DNA of 32,000 nucleotides from Candidatus Saccharimonadota bacterium (lineage in GTDB: Bacteria; Patescibacteriota; Saccharimonadia; Saccharimonadales; Saccharimonadaceae): positions 1,049,309-1,081,308 of the forward strand of contig NZ_CP045921.1 of NCBI RefSeq assembly GCF_025273655.1, in the 5' to 3' direction. This document shows positions 18,213-27,598 of this stretch, piece by piece. The notes beneath the pieces are model-generated. The model searched no databases. It worked only from the letters and a program-made list of their open reading frames with translations, and was not told the origin of the DNA. The translations under genes and the position numbers were made by a program. How positions within the stretch are numbered: position 1 is the first letter of the stretch; each line of letters starts with the position of its first letter.

Positions 18213-19415
18213 TTACAGTCGCTTAACCTGCAACTCTTCCCCGTTTAATAGCGCGTAATCCGATTTCTCGCCTTTGTTGCGTATAGAGAAAAATGCAGAA
18301 TTCACATCACTTGTAAAACCAAGTACGCCGGCTTTTTTGGGGTTGGCACCATCTCGCAGCGACGAAATAATTTTGAAATCACCACTGTTGAACCATTTGA
18401 GTGGTATGTCAAACGTCAGAGTCTGCTTGCCTCCAAGTGCTTCTATGGAACCGCTGTCATATACCACACCGCCTCGCCGTACATCGAGCAGGGAAAACGC
18501 CGCATAGACTTTCTTATGCGAATGATTCGTGTATTCAATCGAGAAACGAAATACGTCGTCACTTGTCACGACCTTTTTTGACACAGCAACATTACGCAGT
18601 ACTGGCGTATCTTTGCTCAGTCCGGTCTCATATTTACCGTCATCCTTGCTTTTGCTCACGTCGGCCGGTAAATTGTCGGCAACGTACTGGTTTGCAACAT
18701 CTTCAGGGTTGCCTTCGATCTTGATTTTACCCTTCTCAATCAGCAAAGCCTTTGTACAATACTTAGTCACCGCCCCCATATCATGTGTTACCAGGATGAC
18801 GGTCTTTTTACGTTTTTTGAGGCTGAGGAAATATTCGTTGCATTTACGCTGAAACGCTTCGTCACCTACGGCCAGTACTTCGTCGAGCAGTAGAATATCG
18901 CCATCGGCACGGATCGCAATAGAGAATGCTAGGCGCACCTGCATGCCACTAGAATAGTTCTTGAGGCGCTCTTCCATAAAATCACCCAACTCGGCAAATT
19001 CTACGATATCATCATACATTTTCGCCATGTCAGTGTGGCTAAAACCGAGCAGCGCACCATTGAGAAATACATTTTCGCGACCTGTCAGCTCGGGGTTGAA
19101 GCCGACGCCCAGCTCAATGAACGGTACGAGTGTGCCTTTTGTTTGGATGCTACCACCATTTGGCTCGTAGATACCCGCTAGAAGCTTAAGTAGTGTACTC
19201 TTACCACTGCCGTTGCGTCCCACTATACCAAAGAAGTCACCTTCGTTAATTGTAAAGCTGACATTTTGCAGTGGACTGAATTCACGATAGCCTTTGACGC
19301 CCCGAAAACGATTAATGATTGCTTGCTTGATGCCAGAACTTTGCTCCGTAGGAATACGAAAGGTCTTCGATAAATCTTCAACCACAATCGCCGGTGTTTT
19401 CTGTATATTGGCCAC
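18213..19415 (-). CDS. Polysaccharide/teichoic-acid ABC exporter ATP-binding protein (Wzt/TagH-like) with a C-terminal extension
   Basis: Walker A is GRNGSGKST, the signature is YSSGMQVRL and Walker B is ILLLDE. A ~150-aa C-terminal beta-rich domain follows the NBD. The track start (19466) is a GTG inside the permease gene. GTG 19415 is preceded by GGAGGA with an 8-nt spacer and lies 1 nt after the permease stop. Confidence 0.9.
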   Translation of the reverse strand: MANIQKTPAIVVEDLSKTFRIPTEQSSGIKQAIINRFRGVKGYREFSPLQNVSFTINEGDFFGIVGRNGSGKSTLLKLLAGIYEPNGGSIQTKGTLVPFIELGVGFNPELTGRENVFLNGALLGFSHTDMAKMYDDIVEFAELGDFMEERLKNYSSGMQVRLAFSIAIRADGDILLLDEVLAVGDEAFQRKCNEYFLSLKKRKKTVILVTHDMGAVTKYCTKALLIEKGKIKIEGNPEDVANQYVADNLPADVSKSKDDGKYETGLSKDTPVLRNVAVSKKVVTSDDVFRFSIEYTNHSHKKVYAAFSLLDVRRGGVVYDSGSIEALGGKQTLTFDIPLKWFNSGDFKIISSLRDGANPKKAGVLGFTSDVNSAFFSIRNKGEKSDYALLNGEELQVKRL

Positions 19416-19416
19416 T

Positions 19417-20223
19417 TTATATATCCTCCGCAAACGTCTTGGCTCGTTTCTTGAAATACCAGACACCGAATATCGATGTTACTATGACGATGACAAATGG
19501 AATCAATACTTTCCAACCACTGACGAGCTGATAAAGAGTAATGCTGTCTTGTGTCACAAGTACATAGCGGATGTCCTGTACCGTCTGTGCGATAGGGTTA
19601 AGCATAATAAGCTTGGCAGCGAGCGGACTCTCGGCAACTACCATTGCTACCGGATAGATGATCGGTGTAGCATAGAACGCCGCTTGTAGAAATATATCCC
19701 AGAGGTAGCCGATATCCCGTAGCTTGACATTAAGCGCAGAGAGGAAAAACGCCAACCCAAGAGCAAACACATACAGCTCAATAATAAGTGGTACAACAAG
19801 CAGCGCCATGGGGCTAATATGGACACCGTTGAGTAGGATAAATACAAACACCACAACCAGGTTGAAAGCGAGGTTGATGAGTGCCGACACGGTACCCGAG
19901 ATCACGATTATATAGCGTGGGAAATTAATCTTACGAATCAGATCTCCGCGAGCAATAATCGCGTTGAGCCCGTTGGTAGTGGCTTCAGTAAAGAAGCCCC
20001 ATAGCACAATACCGAGCAGTAAGTAGACCGGGAAGTGCTCAATGTCGCGACCGAGTTTCAGGAACTGGTTGAAAACGACATAGAGAATAGCAAACAGGAA
20101 GAGTGGTTTGAGCATACTCCATGCATATCCAAGTGCCGATCCCTGATAGCGAAGCTTGAAATCGGTAATAATTAGCTCACGCAGCAAGATGCGGTTTTTA
20201 GCAGCGAATAAGTTATTTACCAT
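19417..20223 (-). CDS. ABC-2 type polysaccharide exporter permease (Wzm/TagG-like)
   Basis: LLRELIITDFKLRYQGSALGYAWSMLKPLFLF is the hallmark ABC-2 N-terminus. Six TM helices. ATG at 20223. Confidence 0.9.
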   Translation of the reverse strand: MVNNLFAAKNRILLRELIITDFKLRYQGSALGYAWSMLKPLFLFAILYVVFNQFLKLGRDIEHFPVYLLLGIVLWGFFTEATTNGLNAIIARGDLIRKINFPRYIIVISGTVSALINLAFNLVVVFVFILLNGVHISPMALLVVPLIIELYVFALGLAFFLSALNVKLRDIGYLWDIFLQAAFYATPIIYPVAMVVAESPLAAKLIMLNPIAQTVQDIRYVLVTQDSITLYQLVSGWKVLIPFVIVIVTSIFGVWYFKKRAKTFAEDI

Positions 20224-20272
20224 AGTAGTTATAGTCCATTATACGACAGATGGTGTCTTGATACTACTGTAT

Positions 20273-22111
20273 CTACAACAACGATTCTGCGATAAGCTGC
20301 AGCGCCGCTTCCGTATCGCGAGACGAACGGCCTGCATATAGTGTAATCGTTTGCTGCGCATTAGCAGTAAGTTCTGTGCGATTTATCTCATCGTCATGCA
20401 AGTCGTTGATCGTCTTCGCAAGCTGCGCTCGATCTTTGAATGATAGTGAGTTATACCCATCCATCACTTCGTAACGCGCCTTGTCCTCCATGGGCGAGAG
20501 CAACACACCGCCGAGTGACATCAGCGCTAAGCTCACGAAACTATTAGTAAATACTTTGCCCTGCACAACAAACATAGGAACTTGCCCCCGAAGCTCCGCA
20601 AGCTTCTCGACCGACATATCAGTTGTAGTGTGATGAGCGACCTTAAGGCCGTTGACGCTAGCTTGTGTCTCCACTGTCGCCCGGCTTTTATCGTCGAGAT
20701 CAAAAGTCATAATAAGTTTCTTGCGTGCCATCTGTTTATGAGCAAGGTCAAGTGCCGGCACGACGCGAGCCGATGACTCCCATGCCGTTTCAGCTTGCAG
20801 CTGATTGGCCGCCCAACGATTCGGCGTAATGTAGTTAAACTCAGGCTGGTAGCCAGCAACAATCGTCACTTGTTGGTTGCGATCATGAGGGAATTGAGTT
20901 GATTCTATATCTGGCAACAAGTAGACGGCACGACCATGTTCGAGCGCGCTCAACCATACAGTATCTGCAGCACCATAGTCGCAGGTGATTTTGAGCGACT
21001 CACGCGTGCCGATTGAGTCAATCAACAGTTCATCCGGCTGTCCCGCCTCGATAACATGTAGCACCGCGTCGTGACCAAATTTATCCATCTCATGCACCTG
21101 CTGCTCAACATAGCTGCGCCATAGCGCAGGTGCGGCATCACTAATTACGTAGTCAAGCTTAAGTGTGCCTTTTGTTGATACTAGTGATGGGCGATTAATG
21201 AAAAGCTTCTCCCAGCGTCGCCAGAAATAGCGCATTGACGCCAATTCTCGCTTGCCCTGACTATAACCACGTGTGGCCGATTCATAGTGGATCAGGATAG
21301 ATGCCGGGTTATAGTAGCAGCGATACTGCTTGGCCCAGGCTTGCAAACCGTAGTCGACATCTTCAAACCCTAGCCAGAAATTTTCATCGAGCCCGCCGAG
21401 CTCTTCGTACACCTCGCGGCGGATGTATGCGCAGGCACCAGAGATAGTACGGTTATAACCCGGCACACATGTTTGAATATCACTTGCTGCTCGGCCAACA
21501 TATTTATGCCCAAACCACTGCGGCGCAATAACTCGTGCGTGATAAGTGCCGCCGTACTGAATACGACCATCTGGATACACGAGTTTAGGACTTACCATAC
21601 CGATCTTCTCATCTATTGCGTAGGCGCTGTATTGCAATACATCGAGCCAATCCGGCAAGGCAATGATATCGCTATTGAGTAGCAGGATGTCGTGTTTCGC
21701 ATGTTTCATGCCGGTATTGACGTTTTTGGCGAAGCCACCGCGCTCTTCGCGGAAGACCACTTTCACCCTGTCGGATTCGAGTGTCTTAAGCAATTCACGG
21801 TTTTCCGGCTGACAGTAATCGTCGGATACAATTATCTCGTATTCTAGGTGCGCGCAGGTGTCATAGATGCTCTCGATACAAGCTTTTAGTAGTGGATAGT
21901 CATTATAGCTCGGGATGACGATACTTACAGGCCGTTTATGAGCTGCGATCCAGTCACGTATAGACTCCTTCGACGGACCCACTACAGGGATGTTTGTAGT
22001 GTGGTGGGAATAGAGCGCCTTCTGGCTGGCCTTATGAAACCGTTTCTTTGCACCCTCGGGCATCCGTTTATAGACTTTTTTGCCGTATTGATAGACTGTT
22101 TGCTTGATCAC
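20273..22111 (-). CDS. Two-domain glycosyltransferase: GT2 (GT-A) domain plus a C-terminal GT-B-like, apparently degenerate domain
   Basis: VSIVIPSYNDYPLLKACIESI...IIVSDD...LLNSD is GT2. The C-terminal ~300 aa align by eye to a GT4-like fold, but the EX7E region reads NSFVSLALMSLGG. The start is GTG 22111; ATG 22063 is an alternative. Confidence 0.8.
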   Translation of the reverse strand: MIKQTVYQYGKKVYKRMPEGAKKRFHKASQKALYSHHTTNIPVVGPSKESIRDWIAAHKRPVSIVIPSYNDYPLLKACIESIYDTCAHLEYEIIVSDDYCQPENRELLKTLESDRVKVVFREERGGFAKNVNTGMKHAKHDILLLNSDIIALPDWLDVLQYSAYAIDEKIGMVSPKLVYPDGRIQYGGTYHARVIAPQWFGHKYVGRAASDIQTCVPGYNRTISGACAYIRREVYEELGGLDENFWLGFEDVDYGLQAWAKQYRCYYNPASILIHYESATRGYSQGKRELASMRYFWRRWEKLFINRPSLVSTKGTLKLDYVISDAAPALWRSYVEQQVHEMDKFGHDAVLHVIEAGQPDELLIDSIGTRESLKITCDYGAADTVWLSALEHGRAVYLLPDIESTQFPHDRNQQVTIVAGYQPEFNYITPNRWAANQLQAETAWESSARVVPALDLAHKQMARKKLIMTFDLDDKSRATVETQASVNGLKVAHHTTTDMSVEKLAELRGQVPMFVVQGKVFTNSFVSLALMSLGGVLLSPMEDKARYEVMDGYNSLSFKDRAQLAKTINDLHDDEINRTELTANAQQTITLYAGRSSRDTEAALQLIAESLL

Positions 22112-22152
22112 GCTACTCTCTCTTGTTTATAAGACTTACTCGCTCTCACCTA

Positions 22153-22161
22153 TGATACAAT
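22153..22161 (+). promoter_or_regulatory. Extended -10 element (TGATACAAT) only 9 nt upstream of ATG 22171
   Basis: TGATACAAT lies at 22153-22161. The distance to the start codon implies a leaderless or near-leaderless transcript. Confidence 0.35.
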
Positions 22162-22170
22162 ATTTGGAGT

Positions 22171-23547
22171 ATGAGTAAAACCAACACGACACGAGTGCTC
22201 GTCATCTCACCGGATGTTGTCGGCAAAAAAATGGCCGGACCTGGCATGCGGTATGTCGAGGTAGCTCGCGTGCTTGGCGGAGAATTCGATACAACTCTCG
22301 CTATCGGCATAGAAGGCAGTACGGCGCTTGATCCAATCGAAGGAGTTAAGCTCGCATCATATAATCACATCGATCAGCTTAAAACGCTTATTGATAGTAG
22401 TGATGTACTTTTTTGCCAAATGTTCGATCGCAATGCAGCAACCTACGCCATTGAGCAGGGCAAGCGTATTGTGTATGACTTCTACAACGCCCTCCCTGTT
22501 GAAACTGTCGGTGCCGAGAAGATTAGTGGATTTACTAATCCGGCCGATAAAGATAGAGAGTACATCGAGCTGCTTCGCTATTTTCGCTTCTGCTGCCAAA
22601 CCGGTAGTTATTTCGTATGCTCCAACGAGCGCCAGCGCGACTGGTGGCTCGGCTTCATGATGGCTAATCAAGGTCTCCTACCAAGCAATCTTGACACCCG
22701 TGAAGTCCAAGACATCATCGGTTATGCAACGTTTGGCATGGAGGCGGGTGAGCCACAACAAACTCACCATCCGATAAAAGGTAAACTGACCGGCAAAAAC
22801 GACTTCGTCCTACTATGGGCGGGTGGTATCTGGGACTGGTTCGACGCCATCACTCCCATTACTGCCGTTGCAAATCTTGCGAAACAGCACCCCGACATCA
22901 AACTCGTCTTCTACGGTGTCGTTCACCCCAACAAGCATGTCGGCCGACCAAAAAACGTCGACCGCTCAATCGAGCACGCCAAAAAACTCGGTGTATATCA
23001 AAAAAACGTCATCTTCCTCGAGGACTGGGTACCTGCAGGCGAGCGGTCTAACTATCTACTTGATGCCGACGTAGCAATTTCTTCGCATATCGAATCACTC
23101 GAGACTCGGTACGCATTTCGTACTCGTATTCTGGATCATTTCTGGGCCAAACTCCCAAGTATCGTCACGAGTGGCGACTGGTTTGCGGATTATATCAGCT
23201 CTCACAACCTTGGTATTACGACCCCTTGTAAAGACGTTAACGCCACCGAAGCAGCTATTTTATCGCTCTATGAGAATAAGCAGCAGTACAAAGATATTGT
23301 TGCGAATATCGAAACGGCTCGCGAAGATTGGCGCTGGGGAAATACACTAAAAGACCTCTCTAACTATATTCGCCATTATGACGCGCGCGCGCCGCGCAAA
23401 CTCGATGAAATTACTCGTGCAGAGTCGATTACTCCTCCGATTACTACGACAAGTTATCTTAAGCAAACCCGTCCAGTGAAAGCCCTCAAAAAGACACCCG
23501 TGTGGGGCGTGGCAAAGCGTGCATATCATACGGTAAAAAAGCGCTAG
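22171..23547 (+). CDS. GT-B fold glycosyltransferase (GT4/GT1-like)
   Basis: The N-terminus RVLVISPDVVGKKMAGPGMRYVEVARVL and the C-terminal LLWAGGIW...ETRYAFRTRILDHFWAKLPSIVTSGD have a GT-B-like layout. Family assignment is by eye only. Confidence 0.65.
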   Translation: MSKTNTTRVLVISPDVVGKKMAGPGMRYVEVARVLGGEFDTTLAIGIEGSTALDPIEGVKLASYNHIDQLKTLIDSSDVLFCQMFDRNAATYAIEQGKRIVYDFYNALPVETVGAEKISGFTNPADKDREYIELLRYFRFCCQTGSYFVCSNERQRDWWLGFMMANQGLLPSNLDTREVQDIIGYATFGMEAGEPQQTHHPIKGKLTGKNDFVLLWAGGIWDWFDAITPITAVANLAKQHPDIKLVFYGVVHPNKHVGRPKNVDRSIEHAKKLGVYQKNVIFLEDWVPAGERSNYLLDADVAISSHIESLETRYAFRTRILDHFWAKLPSIVTSGDWFADYISSHNLGITTPCKDVNATEAAILSLYENKQQYKDIVANIETAREDWRWGNTLKDLSNYIRHYDARAPRKLDEITRAESITPPITTTSYLKQTRPVKALKKTPVWGVAKRAYHTVKKR

Positions 23548-25484
23548 CTAAGACTTTTGTAAAATTCACCAACGCGGTCTATAATCGCAGACCACTCATA
23601 TTCTTTTGCCATCGCGAGGCCATTTTTGCGAAGCTTCGCCTGTAGCTCTGTATCTTCTTTTAGGCGCTCGATTACACCGGCTAACTGTGCAATGTTATCA
23701 TGCTCAACCATCAAGCATGTCTCACCGTCTATGCAAAAATCACGATTACCATGCATATCTGTACAAATCAAAGGGCATCCGGCCGCCATCGCTTCTATAG
23801 CAGGGAGACAGAAACCTTCGTGCCGAGACGTCTGAACCATGAGCGTGGCGGTATTATATAGTGTATTCACCTCTTCGTTTGTTGGTTTGACATGGTACTG
23901 AACACGCTCATCGTGCAAAATATCTGGCTCAGAACCAAACAATGTAAGTGCTGGGCGCTTGTCGCCGAGTGACAGCCAAGCTTGTTTGGTGAATTCGAAA
24001 TTTTTCTGGAAAAACGAGCGACCGACAGCCAACATCGTGTCAGTTGCACGCGGTACTTTCTTGTCCTCGTGATACACCGAGCCGTCGTAGCCCACTGGGA
24101 TGATCATCATATCACGCAGGCCTACTGCCTCGAGCTCATCCTGATTGTACGACGTGGTAGTGGTACTCACGAGCTCCCTGCGATAGGTCGACACCACGGC
24201 CGCGCGAGCGTCGGCATCGTCCGGATAAAACCATGGTTCGAACTCTTGGATGAAATTCACCCCCACTCCACGGTTCACGCTAGCAAGCCATACGGGTGGG
24301 CCAGTTTCCCACCAGGTCGCGATTTTGATAGCATCTTCGTCACGCAGTGCAAGTTCAATATCCTGATAATTGTAGAACTTCTTCACAGTGACATTAACAT
24401 CCATCCAGTCTGGCTGCCCCTGAACCGACCAGATCTCTACCTCAAAACCACGTTTCAGTAGACCATTGACATGTTCGAACACTACTTTAATGCCGCCACT
24501 TACAGTCGTTGCATTGAGCACATAGATAACTCGTGTCTGTCCTTTCGCATTGGTAGTACGACGCGGCTCAAGTAACCATGTCGTGTGGAACGGTAATAAT
24601 TTCATATTGGGTAACGTTACGACCTGTAACTGAAGGGGTGAGTATGTAAGGGTACGAATGTTTTGTTGCCATGCTCGTCCAATCACATATGACATCACTT
24701 CATCTATACTGCCGTTAATATCTGTCGAGGAAAGCGCCAAACGCGACAGCGTATCAAACCGCACATACAATCCATGCCAGTAATTTGTGAGGGTGTAGCG
24801 AGGTATCGCAAGTTGTCCAATATCACTTTCGACCGAACCCATCCATCTAAATTCGGCAGCCGTACGATCAAATTCAACACCGCTATATTGCTGACTGTCA
24901 TAGAGGTATGACGGAGCAACTATTCCAACTTCTTCGTGGTAGTTATAAGCAACGTGTTGTATGGTCTCAAAATATGCGTGATCTGGTAACATATCAGCTA
25001 GATTGACCAATATGATGTCGTTGTCCATATGCGTCTGCATGATCGTGGCGCGTAGTCCTGTGAACGTAAATGTCCCTACACCCGTAAGCTGTGCTGTCGC
25101 TGTCGCGATATGCATATCGTCCGACAACGCTTGCAGTTTTTCTGCGACAGATGGTGCAGCAAAAAAATGACAACGCACAACCGCTTGCAGCGCAACAAGC
25201 TCTCGCGCCCGCTCGTCATTCACCGTTTCACCCACAAGCAACAGAACCAAAGGATACGAGTGCGCCAGCCGCCAGGTATTGATCTCATACTGACTATAGG
25301 CAGTCTTAATGCCACAACCGAACTGGTGCGAGCGTTTTTGGCGGCGGAGATCCATGTACTTGCCAGGGCCAGCCTGCACTGCAAGTCGTGCATGACCTGC
25401 TGCCGTCTCCACTACCTGACCGGGATGTTTTGCCACCCACGAAGCTTTGTGTTTGATTGCGCGTAGTTTCTGCTTTCCACTCAT
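23544..25484 (-). CDS. Two-domain glycosyltransferase: unassigned N-terminal ~320 aa plus a C-terminal GT4 domain
   Basis: The C-terminal TSRHEGFCLPAIEAMAAGCPLICTDMHGNRDF is the canonical GT4 EX7E region. The track start 25514 is a TTG; the first ATG (MSGKQKLRAIKHK) is at 25484. The stop overlaps the convergent gene by 4 nt. Confidence 0.8.
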   Translation of the reverse strand: MSGKQKLRAIKHKASWVAKHPGQVVETAAGHARLAVQAGPGKYMDLRRQKRSHQFGCGIKTAYSQYEINTWRLAHSYPLVLLLVGETVNDERARELVALQAVVRCHFFAAPSVAEKLQALSDDMHIATATAQLTGVGTFTFTGLRATIMQTHMDNDIILVNLADMLPDHAYFETIQHVAYNYHEEVGIVAPSYLYDSQQYSGVEFDRTAAEFRWMGSVESDIGQLAIPRYTLTNYWHGLYVRFDTLSRLALSSTDINGSIDEVMSYVIGRAWQQNIRTLTYSPLQLQVVTLPNMKLLPFHTTWLLEPRRTTNAKGQTRVIYVLNATTVSGGIKVVFEHVNGLLKRGFEVEIWSVQGQPDWMDVNVTVKKFYNYQDIELALRDEDAIKIATWWETGPPVWLASVNRGVGVNFIQEFEPWFYPDDADARAAVVSTYRRELVSTTTTSYNQDELEAVGLRDMMIIPVGYDGSVYHEDKKVPRATDTMLAVGRSFFQKNFEFTKQAWLSLGDKRPALTLFGSEPDILHDERVQYHVKPTNEEVNTLYNTATLMVQTSRHEGFCLPAIEAMAAGCPLICTDMHGNRDFCIDGETCLMVEHDNIAQLAGVIERLKEDTELQAKLRKNGLAMAKEYEWSAIIDRVGEFYKSLS

Positions 25485-25499
25485 ATACTCTCTGTAGTA

Positions 25500-25505
25500 T
25501 ATAAT
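25500..25505 (+). promoter_or_regulatory. TATAAT -10 box shared back-to-back with TATTAT on the minus strand (25501-25506)
   Basis: The divergent intergenic region is only 33 bp. TATAAT lies 12 nt before ATG 25518. The complementary TATTAT lies 16 nt, and TATACT 11 nt, before ATG 25484. Confidence 0.3.
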
Positions 25506-25517
25506 AGAGCTCAATAT

Positions 25518-26519
25518 ATGAGTAGCGTTGCAGTCGTCGTACTAAATTTCAATGCCGAAGAGAAGACTATCGAGTGTCTTGATTCGCTAGCTCGTCAGAC
25601 CTACCAAGATATAACACCAATCATCGTCGACAACGCCTCGACACATACGACACAGCTGCGGGATTACACGGCGGCACATCAGATTGCGTTTTTGCAAAAT
25701 CCTGTCAATACTGGCTTCGCGGGTGGCGTCAACACTGGTATTCGCCATGCGCTGGAGCATAAGTATGATTTCGTGACACTCCTCAACAACGACGCCCTAC
25801 CCGCCCCCGACTGGATCGAGCAACTTGTCTCCTGCGCACACGACACCAAGAGCGATATCGTAACCGGCCTCATGCTCCATAGTAGCGGCAAAACAATCGA
25901 TAGCACAGGTGAACAATACTCTGTATGGGGACTGCCTTTTCCACGCGATCGCAACCGCCCGGCGGCACATGCGGCAGTTTCGGGGCCAACATTTGGTGCA
26001 ACAGGTGGCGGCACCCTCTATAATGCAAAAGTATTCCGAGAGATAGGACTATTCGATGAAACGTTTTTCGCCTACCTTGAAGATGTCGATATTAGTTTTC
26101 GCGCCCAGCTCGCTGGACTTAAGATGTATTACTGCGCTGAGGCTGTACTCTACCACGAGCAAGGGGGTACGTTCAATAAATATCCAGCTGTTCGTACGAT
26201 GCATTATTTCAAAAACCTACCACTCGTTTATATCAAAAACATCCCTGCGCCTCTATTATTACCAGTGGGCGCCCGTCTCATCATTGCCTATACCCTCATA
26301 TTTTTCAAAGCAATCATACACGGAGGTGTTATACCGGCACTCAAAGGTTGGTTGTGGCAGATCCCTCTTTTCTGGTTCCACGCCCTCCCCGCCAGGCACA
26401 AAATCCAGAGAGATAAAAAGGTAGGTGACGACTATATTAAATCAATCCTCTGGCCCGACCTTCCGCCGGATCAAACGGGTCTGCGCAAATTCCGCTCGCT
26501 TTTCACTGGCAAGAAATAG
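25518..26519 (+). CDS. Glycosyltransferase family 2 (rhamnosyltransferase-like, COG1216 type)
   Basis: VAVVVLNFNAEEKTIECLDSLARQTY...IIVDNAST, LLNNDA and GGGTLYNAKVFREIGLFDETFFAYLEDVDISFRA are typical of WbbL-like GT2 enzymes. Confidence 0.85.
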   Translation: MSSVAVVVLNFNAEEKTIECLDSLARQTYQDITPIIVDNASTHTTQLRDYTAAHQIAFLQNPVNTGFAGGVNTGIRHALEHKYDFVTLLNNDALPAPDWIEQLVSCAHDTKSDIVTGLMLHSSGKTIDSTGEQYSVWGLPFPRDRNRPAAHAAVSGPTFGATGGGTLYNAKVFREIGLFDETFFAYLEDVDISFRAQLAGLKMYYCAEAVLYHEQGGTFNKYPAVRTMHYFKNLPLVYIKNIPAPLLLPVGARLIIAYTLIFFKAIIHGGVIPALKGWLWQIPLFWFHALPARHKIQRDKKVGDDYIKSILWPDLPPDQTGLRKFRSLFTGKK

Positions 26520-26533
26520 TACACTAGTAGATA

Positions 26534-27598
26534 ATGCGTTTACTCGAATACGAAGCCAAGCGACTCCTCGCAACTAGCGGTATTGCAGTACCAAACTCTC
26601 AGCTGCTGCACACCCCAGACGAGTTACCCGAAGTGTTCCCCGCTGTCATCAAGGCACAAGTACTCACTGGTCGCCGCAATAAATTTGGCGGTATACAGCT
26701 CGTACGTGAGCAGGGGAAACTCGCCGAAGCGGTGCGTTCGGTCTTCGTAGCGGATATCGATGGCTATACAGCCACCAGCGTACTTGCCGAGGAGTTGCTC
26801 GACATCGACCGCGAGTTCTACCTGAATGTATCTGTCGATCGCGACGAGCAGGCAATCGTACTCATGGCGCACAAAGATGGTGGTGTGGATATTGAGTCAC
26901 AGCCACTTGATGCGTTTTTCCGCGAAGTAGCCGATGACACTACAGAGACACAGGCGCTTCGCTTGGCAGAATATCTTGGTCTAGAGTCACAAGAATTTGC
27001 ACTAGGCGAACTCATCGGAAAGATTGTCGGTTGCATGCGTACGCAGGACGCGCTGCTGTGTGAGATTAACCCTCTCGTCCTGACGCGCAGTGGCATACTC
27101 GTGGCAGCCGACTGCAAAATGGAGCTCGACAATGCCGCGAGCTTTCGTCACCCCGACTGGGATTTCTACGACAAACCCACAAGCGCCAATTTTGTCGAGC
27201 TCGACAAACAGGGCGTAGTCGCTACTATTGCCAATGGAGCCGGCCTCGCCATGGCGACAGTCGATGCCGTGTCTGCTGCAGGTTATTCACCCACAAACTT
27301 CCTAGATATTGGTGGCGGAGCAAGTAAGGACACTGTACTCGCAGCGTTTCACGAGCTCATGACCTACCCACTACTGGATGCAATCGTCATCAATATCTTC
27401 GCCGGTATCACCCGCTGCGACGAGGTGGCGCGTGCCATCCTCGCGGCTCGCGAGGAAATTGCCAATCTCCCCCAGCTCTATATTCGCCTTGACGGCACCA
27501 ACGTAGACCAAGCAAAAGAGATATTAGCCGAATCGCAACTTCCGCTCTATCCGTCACTCGGTGAAGCCGTAGCTGCAATAGGAGCTCATAATGTCTAG
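26534..27598 (+). CDS. sucC: Succinyl-CoA synthetase beta-subunit-like ATP-grasp protein (ADP-forming acyl-CoA ligase beta)
   Basis: MRLLEYEAKRLL..., ...CEINPLV..., NGAGLAMATVD and FLDIGGGAS...INIFAGITRCD are collinear with SucC. The protein is 354 aa, shorter than E. coli SucC as I recall it (388 aa). The glycine-rich loop reads TGRRNKFGG. Confidence 0.8.
   Translation: MRLLEYEAKRLLATSGIAVPNSQLLHTPDELPEVFPAVIKAQVLTGRRNKFGGIQLVREQGKLAEAVRSVFVADIDGYTATSVLAEELLDIDREFYLNVSVDRDEQAIVLMAHKDGGVDIESQPLDAFFREVADDTTETQALRLAEYLGLESQEFALGELIGKIVGCMRTQDALLCEINPLVLTRSGILVAADCKMELDNAASFRHPDWDFYDKPTSANFVELDKQGVVATIANGAGLAMATVDAVSAAGYSPTNFLDIGGGASKDTVLAAFHELMTYPLLDAIVINIFAGITRCDEVARAILAAREEIANLPQLYIRLDGTNVDQAKEILAESQLPLYPSLGEAVAAIGAHNV

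Noticed and set aside
23982-24461. 159-aa plus-strand ORF antisense to the 646-aa glycosyltransferase gene
   Set aside because: It is a shadow ORF with no motifs. The sense strand carries a canonical GT4 signature.
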